From an uncultured Aminicenantes bacterium (lineage in GTDB: Bacteria; Acidobacteriota; Aminicenantia; UBA2199), in NCBI GenBank assembly GCA_965195285.1, contig CBDAFS010000057.1:1-41085 (forward strand): a stretch of 41,085 nucleotides of DNA, in the 5' to 3' direction. Position 1 is the stretch's first letter; every line of letters starts with the position of its first letter. The notes below the pieces were generated by a model, which saw nothing but the letters and a program-made list of their open reading frames with translations, had not been told where the DNA came from and ran no database searches. Below are positions 9,252-17,329 of the stretch, piece after piece. Position numbers and translations under genes: made by a program.

Positions 9252-9728
9252 TTAATTGGTATTGGTTTTTAATTTCGATAACATGACAAAGTGTTTTCTT
9301 TCTTCATCCACAATTTTATCGATCCGATGGTGTTTGTTTTCCGGGACGATATTTTTGATCTCCTGATAATACAGTATGGAACTCACTTCTGCATCAATGG
9401 CAAAATCAAGGGCTGAAGCGACATCGGAAATTTCTTCCAGTTTTTGATCGAACTCTTTCTGGCTGAAAATAATATTGTCGGCATAACTACGAAGATAAGT
9501 AAAGTATTCACCCGGGTAACTTTCGTGGGGCTCATAGCTCTCAAGGGTTGAGAGTATTTCTTCATAAATCTTTTTATGCCCGACTTCTTCGTTGGCCAGA
9601 AAAGTAAACAATTCCTTGGTCGAGGGTTCCTCGAATTTTTCAACCATTTTGCGGTAAAATTTTTCACCGTTTTCTTCAATTCTAATTGCCAGTTGAAAAA
9701 CTTCACTGGCATCAAACATAATTCCCAT
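9252..9728 (-). CDS. Ferritin-like (rubrerythrin-domain) protein
   Basis: AIRIEENG-x-x-FY, EEVGH, EERKH; ATG 9728 with AAGGAG. Confidence 0.85.
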   Translation of the reverse strand: MGIMFDASEVFQLAIRIEENGEKFYRKMVEKFEEPSTKELFTFLANEEVGHKKIYEEILSTLESYEPHESYPGEYFTYLRSYADNIIFSQKEFDQKLEEISDVASALDFAIDAEVSSILYYQEIKNIVPENKHHRIDKIVDEERKHFVMLSKLKTNTN

Positions 9729-9744
9729 TTTTAACTCCTTTTGT

Positions 9745-10923
9745 TTATATAGTTTCTTGATGTTTGGTAGCGATGGTGTCCGCCAGTTTATCAAGTAACC
9801 CATAATCTGCTGCTTTGGGGTGTCCCTTGATCAATACCGGATCCAGAAATTCCGCTTTCAGGTTACTCAGGCTATTTTGAATCATTTCAAGGGTCCTGCC
9901 CCCCCAGCCATATGAGCCGACAACGGTGGCAAATTTCAATTTGGGTTTCAGAACATTCACCAGGGTCGCCGCATAAACCGCTGCCGGATGTGGGCCGGTC
10001 AAAACCGTGGGCGTCCCTAAAATCAGAGTGGCACTGTCAACCAGTGACATGGCCAACTGTCCCAGATCGGTTTTGATCAAATTAAAGAACTTCACTGAAA
10101 TTCCCTTTTCCATGATTCTTTCCATCAGGTAAAACATCATTTTTTCCGTACTGCCGTGCATGGATACATAGGCAATAACCACCTGGTTCTCAACTTTATC
10201 CGATACCCAGTTCCGGTAGGCATCCAGTATAATCTTGGAGTCCGAATAGACCGGACCATGGCTGGGGGCAATCATTTCAAAATCAAGAGCCTCTATTTTC
10301 TCGATGTTTTTTTTCACCACACCTCTAAAGGGCATCATGATTTCGGCATAATACCTTTTGGCATCCTCAATCACCTTGGCTGGATTCCGGACAAACAGAT
10401 CGCTGGTAGCCAGATGAGATCCGAAAAAATCACAGGAAAAAAGAATTTTATCCTCCGGTAAAAAGGTACACATGGTTTCCGGCCAGTGAACCCAGGGGGT
10501 AAAAATAAATTTCAGGGTTTTATCCCCCAGGGACAGCACATCCCCATCCGAAACGGTTTGAAAGCTGGTTTCCGGGATCTCCATCAGGTCCATTAAAAAT
10601 AACCTGCATTTTTCATTGGCAATCACTTTTGCTTCCGGGTAGATTTCCAACAGATCGGGTATGGAACCGGAATGGTCCTGTTCGGCATGGTTGGAAACCA
10701 GGTAATCAATTTTGGTTACATTCAGTTTTTTCAAGGTAGAGATCAGTTCTTCGGTCTTGGGTGGATCAACCGTATCGATCAGAGCGGTTTTTTCACTCCC
10801 CCTGATCAAATATGAATTATAACTGGTTCCGTCAGGCAGGGGGATCAGCTCATCAAAAAGTCTTCGGTCCCAATCCCTGGAGCCAACCGAAAAAATTCTA
10901 TCTTTTATCCGCTGTACACCCAT
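9745..10923 (-). CDS. fprA: Flavodiiron protein (FprA/rubredoxin:oxygen oxidoreductase)
   Basis: GTSYNSYL, HAEQDHSG, HWPE, SCDFFG, PSHG, then flavodoxin domain with SMHGST and GSYGWGG. Confidence 0.95.
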   Translation of the reverse strand: MGVQRIKDRIFSVGSRDWDRRLFDELIPLPDGTSYNSYLIRGSEKTALIDTVDPPKTEELISTLKKLNVTKIDYLVSNHAEQDHSGSIPDLLEIYPEAKVIANEKCRLFLMDLMEIPETSFQTVSDGDVLSLGDKTLKFIFTPWVHWPETMCTFLPEDKILFSCDFFGSHLATSDLFVRNPAKVIEDAKRYYAEIMMPFRGVVKKNIEKIEALDFEMIAPSHGPVYSDSKIILDAYRNWVSDKVENQVVIAYVSMHGSTEKMMFYLMERIMEKGISVKFFNLIKTDLGQLAMSLVDSATLILGTPTVLTGPHPAAVYAATLVNVLKPKLKFATVVGSYGWGGRTLEMIQNSLSNLKAEFLDPVLIKGHPKAADYGLLDKLADTIATKHQETI

Positions 10924-11081
10924 TACTCTTCCTCAAACATGTCTTTTCCGACTCCACACAAGGGGCAAACCCAGTCATCGGGTATGTTCTCGAAGGCAGT
11001 CCCCGGTTTAATACCTGAATCCGGATCACCGATTTCGGGATCATAAACATAACCACAGGCTGTGCATACGTACTTTTTCAT
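10923..11081 (-). CDS. rub: Rubredoxin (52 aa, absent from the ORF track)
   Basis: Hand translation [52 protein letters not shown]; AAGGAG RBS; TAATG overlap with the fprA start. Confidence 0.97.
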   Translation of the reverse strand: MKKYVCTACGYVYDPEIGDPDSGIKPGTAFENIPDDWVCPLCGVGKDMFEEE

Positions 11082-11110
11082 ATTTTCTCTCCTTTTGAAC
11101 TTTTGTTATA

Positions 11111-11566
11111 TTATAAAACATTTTTAGTTTTTTTTTCCTTATTTTTTAAACAATTTCGGCAAGTGCCCCTGAATTGAACCTGGACTTCCTCAATCTTATG
11201 TCCCTGAATGGAATTTTTTTGATACAGTGGAATCTTCAAATCGACATCGATGATTCGATTGCATTGATGGCAATAAAGATGGGCATGGGGGAACTCTATG
11301 ATATCATACCGTGTCTCCGATTTATTGGTTTTAATGCTGGACAAGATTCCTTTTCGCACAAATATATTTACATTATTGTATACAGTTGTTCGTGAAAGGG
11401 TAGGAATACTTCGAGAAATATTTTTAAAAATAGTTTCCGCAGACGGATGATTTTTGTTTTTCATTATGTACTCCAGTATGAGCAATCTCTGGTATGACGG
11501 CTTGATGCCTTTCGAACACAACAAATCCCTGAACTCACCATGAACACCATAATGTCTGTCCGTCAT
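11111..11566 (-). CDS. perR: Fur-family regulator, probably PerR
   Basis: QRL-x-I, HPSAE, S-x-x-TVYN, HAH-x-x-CHQC, CRNC; heads a peroxide/superoxide-defence operon; GGAGGT RBS supports ATG 11566 or 11569. Confidence 0.8.
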   Translation of the reverse strand: MTDRHYGVHGEFRDLLCSKGIKPSYQRLLILEYIMKNKNHPSAETIFKNISRSIPTLSRTTVYNNVNIFVRKGILSSIKTNKSETRYDIIEFPHAHLYCHQCNRIIDVDLKIPLYQKNSIQGHKIEEVQVQFRGTCRNCLKNKEKKTKNVL

Positions 11567-11600
11567 CATAAACCTCCGACATCGGTAAAATAAATACCAC

Positions 11601-11639
11601 AATATTGTAATAAGTACAATCTAAACTTATTACAATATT
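11601..11639. promoter_or_regulatory. Probable PerR/Fur operator: perfect 15-bp inverted repeat with 9-bp spacer
   Basis: AATATTGTAATAAGT 11601-11615 and ACTTATTACAATATT 11625-11639; contains near 7-1-7 TTGTAAT-A-AGTACAA; covers the predicted +1. Confidence 0.65.
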
Positions 11640-11640
11640 A

Positions 11641-11669
11641 ATATTAGTACAATTAGATCTGTTTGTCAA
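11641..11669 (-). promoter_or_regulatory. Sigma70-type promoter of the perR-rub-fprA-rbr-dfx operon
   Basis: TTGACA-17 nt-TAATAT on minus strand. Confidence 0.6.
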
Positions 11670-11717
11670 CACCTATTTCATTTTCCAGGTTTGTGGTATT
11701 ACCGGAATATTATCAAA

Positions 11718-11746
11718 TTGACAAAGCCTCGAAATGTTGATATGGT
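11718..11746 (+). promoter_or_regulatory. Sigma70-type promoter of the rseC-like gene
   Basis: TTGACA-17 nt-TATGGT with TGn extension. Confidence 0.55.
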
Positions 11747-11771
11747 TATTCCAATCGGATTTTGCATAAAA

Positions 11772-12209
11772 ATGAATACTGAAGAGGGAACTGTCACCAA
11801 AGTAGAGGGGCATAAGGCCTTTGTTATGGTGGCCAGAAGCGAGATGTGTGATGGTTGTGGAAGCCGGGGAATTTGCCATACCCTCGGAGGAGGCAAAAAT
11901 ATGGAAGCCGAAGCCATCAACACGGTTCAAGCCAAGGCGGGTGACCGGGTTCATCTGTCCATAAAACCGGGAATTTTGTGGAAGATTTCCCTCCTGTTCT
12001 ATATGATTCCGGTTATCGCTCTCGTTTCGGGAGCCCTGATTGGAATCGAAATAGGACCCAGATTGAATTTTGACCCCGAATTATTTTCTGCTTTTCTGAG
12101 TATTTCTTTTGCCGCCCTATCCTATATTATCATAAGATTTATTGCCAACCGCTTAAAGGAAAAAAGAGATTTTATGCCGGAAGTGGTCAGAATTGTCAAC
12201 CCCGGATGA
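11772..12209 (+). CDS. rseC: RseC/MucC family membrane protein
   Basis: EEG-x-V, CDGC-x4-C, GD-x-V, YMIP and two C-terminal TM helices; start moved to ATG 11772. Confidence 0.85.
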   Translation: MNTEEGTVTKVEGHKAFVMVARSEMCDGCGSRGICHTLGGGKNMEAEAINTVQAKAGDRVHLSIKPGILWKISLLFYMIPVIALVSGALIGIEIGPRLNFDPELFSAFLSISFAALSYIIIRFIANRLKEKRDFMPEVVRIVNPG

Positions 12210-12250
12210 ATATCACCTTCAGGTTATTGAGTGATAGAATAGCCAAACAA

Positions 12251-12430
12251 TTAGTCTTCTTTTTCGTCCTCTGATTTTTCTTCTGGCTCATCTTTCTTGA
12301 TCGAGTTTCTAAAATTTTTGATACCCTCTCCAAGACCTTTAGCCAACTCCGGAATCTTTTTTCCCCCGAACAACAAGGCAATAATGGCAAAAATTATTAA
12401 TATTTCCCATATTCCAAGTGATCCAAACAT
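12251..12430 (-). CDS. tatA: Twin-arginine translocase subunit TatA
   Basis: G[36 protein letters not shown], acidic tail; GAGGTG RBS. Confidence 0.95.
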   Translation of the reverse strand: MFGSLGIWEILIIFAIIALLFGGKKIPELAKGLGEGIKNFRNSIKKDEPEEKSEDEKED

Positions 12431-12450
12431 TTCTTTCACCTCAAATAAAT

Positions 12451-12479
12451 ATTTTAATTGGTTTTGGTATACATGTCAA
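12451..12479 (-). promoter_or_regulatory. Sigma70-type promoter of tatA
   Basis: TTGACA-17 nt-TAAAAT on minus strand. Confidence 0.6.
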
Positions 12480-12499
12480 GCTGAATAAATCGACCCTTA

Positions 12500-13045
12500 T
12501 CAGTAAACCAAAGCCCGTTCGATCAAACTGGCACAACTGCGACAAAACGAACAGGACTTCACATCGGTATCGATTATATTATTGGAGGGATACATGATGC
12601 AATTTTTATCACTGCAATGGAGCAGTCCAAACAGATGTGAAATTTCATGTATGACCTCTTTTTCACATCTCGATAGAAACAGGGTTTCATCCTCTGCCAG
12701 ACCGTAATATTCCTGACCAAGGCGATGCAATGAAATGAGCGCACAACACCCCCCCAACTGAGCCTCTCCAAAAAAACAGGAGAAGATGGGTGAGTAGAGA
12801 TCCAATTCGGCAATGGCCACTAACTTGAATATTTTCCCGGGCAGGCATTCATATAATTGCTTAAGCAGTTTTGTGGAATTGTATTTTCCCCCAAAGACCG
12901 GTTCGGGTACGCAGCCGATTAAATCCTGACAGGGGATCAGGTGAGTATTGAGGTTAAATGTGGTTTTTATGGACTGGCTGATATAATCCAAAAGCGAATC
13001 ATCTATATCACCAATCGGAACCAGGGTGATTTTTTTTTCTATCAT
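12500..13045 (-). CDS. Archaemetzincin-family (M54) zinc metalloprotease
   Basis: FGEA, HEISHLFGLLHC (HExxHxxGxxHC), CIM Met-turn, FCRSC; start directly abuts the upstream stop. Confidence 0.9.
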   Translation of the reverse strand: MIEKKITLVPIGDIDDSLLDYISQSIKTTFNLNTHLIPCQDLIGCVPEPVFGGKYNSTKLLKQLYECLPGKIFKLVAIAELDLYSPIFSCFFGEAQLGGCCALISLHRLGQEYYGLAEDETLFLSRCEKEVIHEISHLFGLLHCSDKNCIMYPSNNIIDTDVKSCSFCRSCASLIERALVY

Positions 13046-14392
13046 TCATTTTTTAATTTTATATTTTTTTATTTTGTTATACAGGGTGGCCCGGTCAATA
13101 CCCAGTTCTGCTGCGGATTTTGAAATATTCCAGCCATTATCCTCTAAAATCCGGGAGATGTGGCTTTTTTCAGATTCATCCAGGGTTCGGGGAGTCGATT
13201 CTTCCTTGCCCTTTTGGACAACTTCGGTCAAATCATTGGATATGATTTCATCTGTCTTGCTGACCACCACCGCTCGTTCAATCACATTCTCCAGCTCCCG
13301 GATATTTCCCGGCCAATGATAACCGATCAACACCTTCATGGCCTCACCGGAGATTCCATTGATTTTTTTCGAATTGGCCATGGTATATTTATGCAAAAAA
13401 TGATTGGCCAGCAGCGGTATATCTTCTCTTCTTTCTCTCAAGGGAGGGACATTGATGGGCACCACATTCAGACGATAATATAAATCCTCACGAAACTTGC
13501 CCTCCCGGGCATCTTCCTCAAGATTCCGGTGGGTTGCAGATATAATTCTGATATCCACTTTGATGGGTTGGGTACTGCCCAGACGGTAGATATGTTTTTC
13601 TTGCAAAACCCTCAATAGAGCGACCTGGGTCTTGGGACTGATATCCCCGATTTCATCCAGGAACAGGGTTCCCCCGCTGGCCATCTCAATCCGACCCTTT
13701 CGACTGTGCTCGGCACCGGTAAACGCACCTTTTTCATAGCCAAACAATTCACTCTCAAGGAGAGTTTCGGGTAAGGCACCGCAGCTTAATGCAACCAGAG
13801 GACCGTATTTTCGTTTGCTGTTTGCATGAATGGCCCTGGCAATCAATTCTTTTCCGGTCCCGCTTTCTCCCCTGATCATCACTACAGCCTCTGAGTCGGC
13901 AACGGTTTTGATCAATTCAAATATCTCCTCCATTTTCTTGCTCCTGCCAATTATTTCATCAAAGCCGTACTTTTTTTCCAGTTCCTTCTTCAGCAGAATA
14001 TTCTCTTTTTCCAGCATCTTATATCTGATTGCCCTTTCAATTACCTGACTGACGCTTTCCGGATCAAAGGGTTTTACAATATAATCAAAAGCACCGTCTT
14101 TCATGGCCTGGACCGCCGTATCTACAGAGGCATAGGCCGTCATGACCAGTATGGGAAAGTCCGGATAAATTTCTTTGCTTAATTTCAACAATTCTATGCC
14201 GTCCATACCCGGCATTTTTATATCCACCACAGCCAGATCAAAGGTGTCGGTTTTTATCTTTTCCAGGGCATCATGCCCGTTATCAATGGTATCGACCTGG
14301 TATCCCTCTTCCAGGAGCCAGTTGCCCATGGAATCACGAACAATCATGTCATCATCAACAACCAGGATTTTGATGCTATTTTTTAAAGACAT
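13046..14392 (-). CDS. Sigma54-dependent response regulator (NtrC/AtoC/ZraR family)
   Basis: Receiver (VDDD, DIKMP, KPF), [38 protein letters not shown], Fis-type HTH. Confidence 0.96.
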   Translation of the reverse strand: MSLKNSIKILVVDDDMIVRDSMGNWLLEEGYQVDTIDNGHDALEKIKTDTFDLAVVDIKMPGMDGIELLKLSKEIYPDFPILVMTAYASVDTAVQAMKDGAFDYIVKPFDPESVSQVIERAIRYKMLEKENILLKKELEKKYGFDEIIGRSKKMEEIFELIKTVADSEAVVMIRGESGTGKELIARAIHANSKRKYGPLVALSCGALPETLLESELFGYEKGAFTGAEHSRKGRIEMASGGTLFLDEIGDISPKTQVALLRVLQEKHIYRLGSTQPIKVDIRIISATHRNLEEDAREGKFREDLYYRLNVVPINVPPLRERREDIPLLANHFLHKYTMANSKKINGISGEAMKVLIGYHWPGNIRELENVIERAVVVSKTDEIISNDLTEVVQKGKEESTPRTLDESEKSHISRILEDNGWNISKSAAELGIDRATLYNKIKKYKIKK

Positions 14393-14404
14393 TTTCCCTC
14401 ACCG

Positions 14405-16018
14405 CTATTCGTTTATTTCCCCAACCGGAAGCATAATGAAGAAGGTGGTCCCCTTACCCACTTCACTCTCCACCTTTATGGTGCCCTTGTGTTCCTGAAT
14501 GATGCCGTAAGCCACAAATAATCCCAGGCCGGTGCCTTTCTCAGCCTCTTTGGTGGAAAAAAACGGATCAAAAATATACTTGAGATTTTTGCGGGGAATG
14601 CCATCTCCACTATCTTTCAACACGATTTCAACCTTCTTGCCATGGGCACTCTTGGTTTCAATGGAAAGCTTTCCTCCCTTGGGCATGGCTTCCTGGGCAT
14701 TGATGAGCAAGGCTATAAGGGTTTGCTGAATCTGTTTGAAGTCACAGTATATGTTGGGAATCCCATCCTGTAGTTTCAAATCCAGTTCAATATTCTGGAT
14801 CCGGATCTTATTTGACAGCAGCACCAGACTGTTTCTGATGATACTGTTAATATCGGATTTTCTGATTTCCAGTTTCGATTGCCTGGAAAAAACCAGCAGG
14901 TTTTTCACCATACCACCCAGCCTCTCGATCTCATCTCCCATCAGGTTCAAATACTTTTTAAAATCGGTAAGGGTACTCCCCTTGACTTCATCACCGGATG
15001 CTTTTTTTAACATCAATTTAATATAGGTTAAGATACCCTGTAAAGGATTGTTAATCTCATGGGCAACCGAGGATGCCAACACTCCTAATGAAGCCATCTT
15101 TTCCGATTGAATCAGCTGTTCCCGGGCCACTCTTAATTTATTGGTCCGTTCCTCCACTTTTTTTTCCAATTCAATATTCCAGGACTGGATTTCTTGATTG
15201 GCTTTTCTTAAATCCTTGATCATCTTATTGAATGAATTGGCCAGATACCCGATCTCATCATGGGTGTTTACCTGGGTATCAACGGTCAGATTTCCGGTGG
15301 AAACCTGCTGGGTGGCTCTGACCAGTATTTTTACTGGTTTTGTTACCAATCGATGAATAAATAATGTCAATATACCCGAAACAGATAATATGGCAATCAA
15401 TGTGAAATAAATGATAATTCTGCGATTGGAACTATAGTCATTATCCACATCAACCAGAGACATTCCAATATCCAGAACCCCCAGAACCCTCTGTTTTTTC
15501 GGATGAGCATGACATGTGGCATTGTAACAATCCGGTTCATTATAAATGGGTGTGATCATGGCTAATACCCGGTGATCTTCGGATTTAAATATCCGGCTCC
15601 GTTCGGAAGTGGACAATCGCTCCAGGGGTTTTTCCACCGCATGACAAACATAACAGGCTTCGGCATTCTTATCCACGAAATGGTTCATTTCCTTTTTATT
15701 GGTGGAGAACATGATGTTCCCCTCTTTATTAAATATGCGTACAAATTCAATACCCTCTTGAATCCCCTTGGTTTCAATCATCCGGTGCAATCCTTCGCGA
15801 TTGTTTATAAGCATATCATACCTGGTGCTGGTGGTAACAGTATTGCTATAGGTGCCGGCTGCACGAAATACTTCAGCTATGAGTTGTTTATTTTGATTGG
15901 TCAGGATGATATAGAAAAAAATTCCGAAAATTATTACCGATACTGCAACTATGGCAAATATCAGTTTGGAATTGATTGTCTTAAACATATCCAGCTTAAT
16001 CCCGGTATGCCCAATCAT
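14405..16018 (-). CDS. Membrane sensor histidine kinase with extracytoplasmic heme-c motifs and HAMP
   Basis: Two TM helices flanking CYVCH and CYNATCH; HAMP (DEIG-x-LA-x-SFN-x-M); AHEINNPL; DSGDG, FDPFFSTK, GTGLGL; start may be ATG 15988. Confidence 0.93.
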   Translation of the reverse strand: MIGHTGIKLDMFKTINSKLIFAIVAVSVIIFGIFFYIILTNQNKQLIAEVFRAAGTYSNTVTTSTRYDMLINNREGLHRMIETKGIQEGIEFVRIFNKEGNIMFSTNKKEMNHFVDKNAEACYVCHAVEKPLERLSTSERSRIFKSEDHRVLAMITPIYNEPDCYNATCHAHPKKQRVLGVLDIGMSLVDVDNDYSSNRRIIIYFTLIAILSVSGILTLFIHRLVTKPVKILVRATQQVSTGNLTVDTQVNTHDEIGYLANSFNKMIKDLRKANQEIQSWNIELEKKVEERTNKLRVAREQLIQSEKMASLGVLASSVAHEINNPLQGILTYIKLMLKKASGDEVKGSTLTDFKKYLNLMGDEIERLGGMVKNLLVFSRQSKLEIRKSDINSIIRNSLVLLSNKIRIQNIELDLKLQDGIPNIYCDFKQIQQTLIALLINAQEAMPKGGKLSIETKSAHGKKVEIVLKDSGDGIPRKNLKYIFDPFFSTKEAEKGTGLGLFVAYGIIQEHKGTIKVESEVGKGTTFFIMLPVGEINE

Positions 16019-16040
16019 TAAATAGACAAGACACAGAAAT

Positions 16041-16069
16041 ATTTTATAATATCAGGCTGGGTTTTTCAA
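16041..16069 (-). promoter_or_regulatory. Internal sigma70-type promoter for kinase-regulator-protease
   Basis: TTGAAA-17 nt-TAAAAT on minus strand. Confidence 0.5.
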
Positions 16070-16115
16070 CAAAAAAATGGAGGGGTCAACTATTTGAAGC
16101 CCGAGTAAAAGCCTT

Positions 16116-17048
16116 TTATCGGGTATACAAATGTTTTTTGACCAGTTCATTCCACTTTTCTCTGGACAGGTTTTTGCTGATATCAGCAGCCACGACTGCT
16201 CCATCATGAAAGGTGACACCGGTCTCGGATTGAATACTCTGGCTTAGCAAATTGGCCTCTTCCTCCATCCAGGCAGTGGCTTCCTTATCCTTCAAAAGGT
16301 TCTTCAAATTTTTCGCTACGCTACTGACATCCATGGTGACAAACCATCCATCGGTATAGGGTTTTTCGACAGCCAGGCTGGCATCATCCAGCAGTTTTTG
16401 ATTGACCGAATCAACCACACCGGAAATGGGTGAGAAAAATTCCAGATCACCATGGTCATGGTTTACTATCCAGGAATACTCTTCCAGTTCCAGATTTTTT
16501 CCCACGGCCGGTAATTCGATCTTATTGATTTTACCGATTATTCTTCTGGCAAAATCATCAATTCCAATCCTGAACTTTCCATTTCTTTCCAGATAAACCC
16601 AGGTGTGATTGCGAAAATAATAAAGTCTTTCCGGTAAATAAAACCCCGCCACTTTGGGAAGTTGCTCCATTTCCCCGACAAATGACGGTTGAATCCGGTC
16701 CTGCATCATCTGGTCAAATGAGCATTCCCCGCAACGGAAACTATTGGGACAGATTTTATGAGACACCTCGCCACTGATCATATACCGGCATTTTCTCTGA
16801 TCTGCAGGCAGGTGGCGGAATTCTTCCATCCACTCGACAACCGCTTTCTTGTTACTGGCTGTCGGTTTATGATCATGCAAATTCTGCTTGGTCTGTTGGG
16901 CCCGGTTGGACATGGCCAAATCAAACTCACAGGTACTGCATTGATAGTGGTTGGTGCATAATTTGTAGGAAACCACCCCGGCTTCCATCCATATACACTT
17001 CCGTTCTCCGGTCGGAATCACCTTCAATCCTCTTTTTTGTTCATTCAT
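16116..17048 (-). CDS. GcvH-fold protein lacking the lipoyl-lysine, with two N-terminal Cys4 repeats
   Basis: HTWV, IGIDDFA, IELP-x-VG, SPISG-x-V-x-x-VN and PY-x-x-GW match glycine-cleavage H; ESVK position reads NHDH; two C-x12-C-x5-C-x2-C-x-FD repeats; AGGAGG RBS. Confidence 0.85.
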   Translation of the reverse strand: MNEQKRGLKVIPTGERKCIWMEAGVVSYKLCTNHYQCSTCEFDLAMSNRAQQTKQNLHDHKPTASNKKAVVEWMEEFRHLPADQRKCRYMISGEVSHKICPNSFRCGECSFDQMMQDRIQPSFVGEMEQLPKVAGFYLPERLYYFRNHTWVYLERNGKFRIGIDDFARRIIGKINKIELPAVGKNLELEEYSWIVNHDHGDLEFFSPISGVVDSVNQKLLDDASLAVEKPYTDGWFVTMDVSSVAKNLKNLLKDKEATAWMEEEANLLSQSIQSETGVTFHDGAVVAADISKNLSREKWNELVKKHLYTR

Positions 17049-17095
17049 TTTATGCCTCCTGTAGAGAATTATTCTTCATGTCCATACATATCTCA

Positions 17096-17112
17096 AGCAA
17101 ATCTTATGCCAA
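17096..17112 (-). promoter_or_regulatory. Sigma54 (-24/-12) promoter
   Basis: TTGGCATAAGATTTGCT matches TGGCAC-N5-TTGCW with exact GG-N10-GC spacing, about 48 bp upstream of the GcvH-like start. Confidence 0.8.
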
Positions 17113-17259
17113 CTTCCGGATTTTTATTTCATTCTTCTCGTATTATTTTTGTAAAATCCGAAACGGCTTTATTATTAAGCATTTCCAATACAAAAAATAT
17201 TTTAACAGACATATTTTTCAGAAGAAGGAATTTGATTAATCGGATCAGAATACCCCCAG

Positions 17260-17300
17260 CTGTTGAATTTCTCAACACCGACTGTTGAATTTCTCAACAC
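17260..17300. promoter_or_regulatory. Tandem palindromic upstream activator sequences (bEBP enhancer)
   Basis: CTGTTGAATTTCTCAACAC at 17260-17278 and 17282-17300, identical, 22-bp period; each is TGTTGA-N5-TCAACA (TGT-N11-ACA). Confidence 0.75.
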
Positions 17301-17329
17301 ATCATCGTGGTTCGCTTTATGATGATATT

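Noticed and set aside
16116-17048. Functional glycine cleavage H protein (gcvH)
   Set aside because: No lipoyl-Lys, a long extra N-terminus and no gcvP/T
17260-17300. Mini CRISPR array
   Set aside because: Only two 19-bp copies with a 3-bp gap and no cas genes; fits an enhancer
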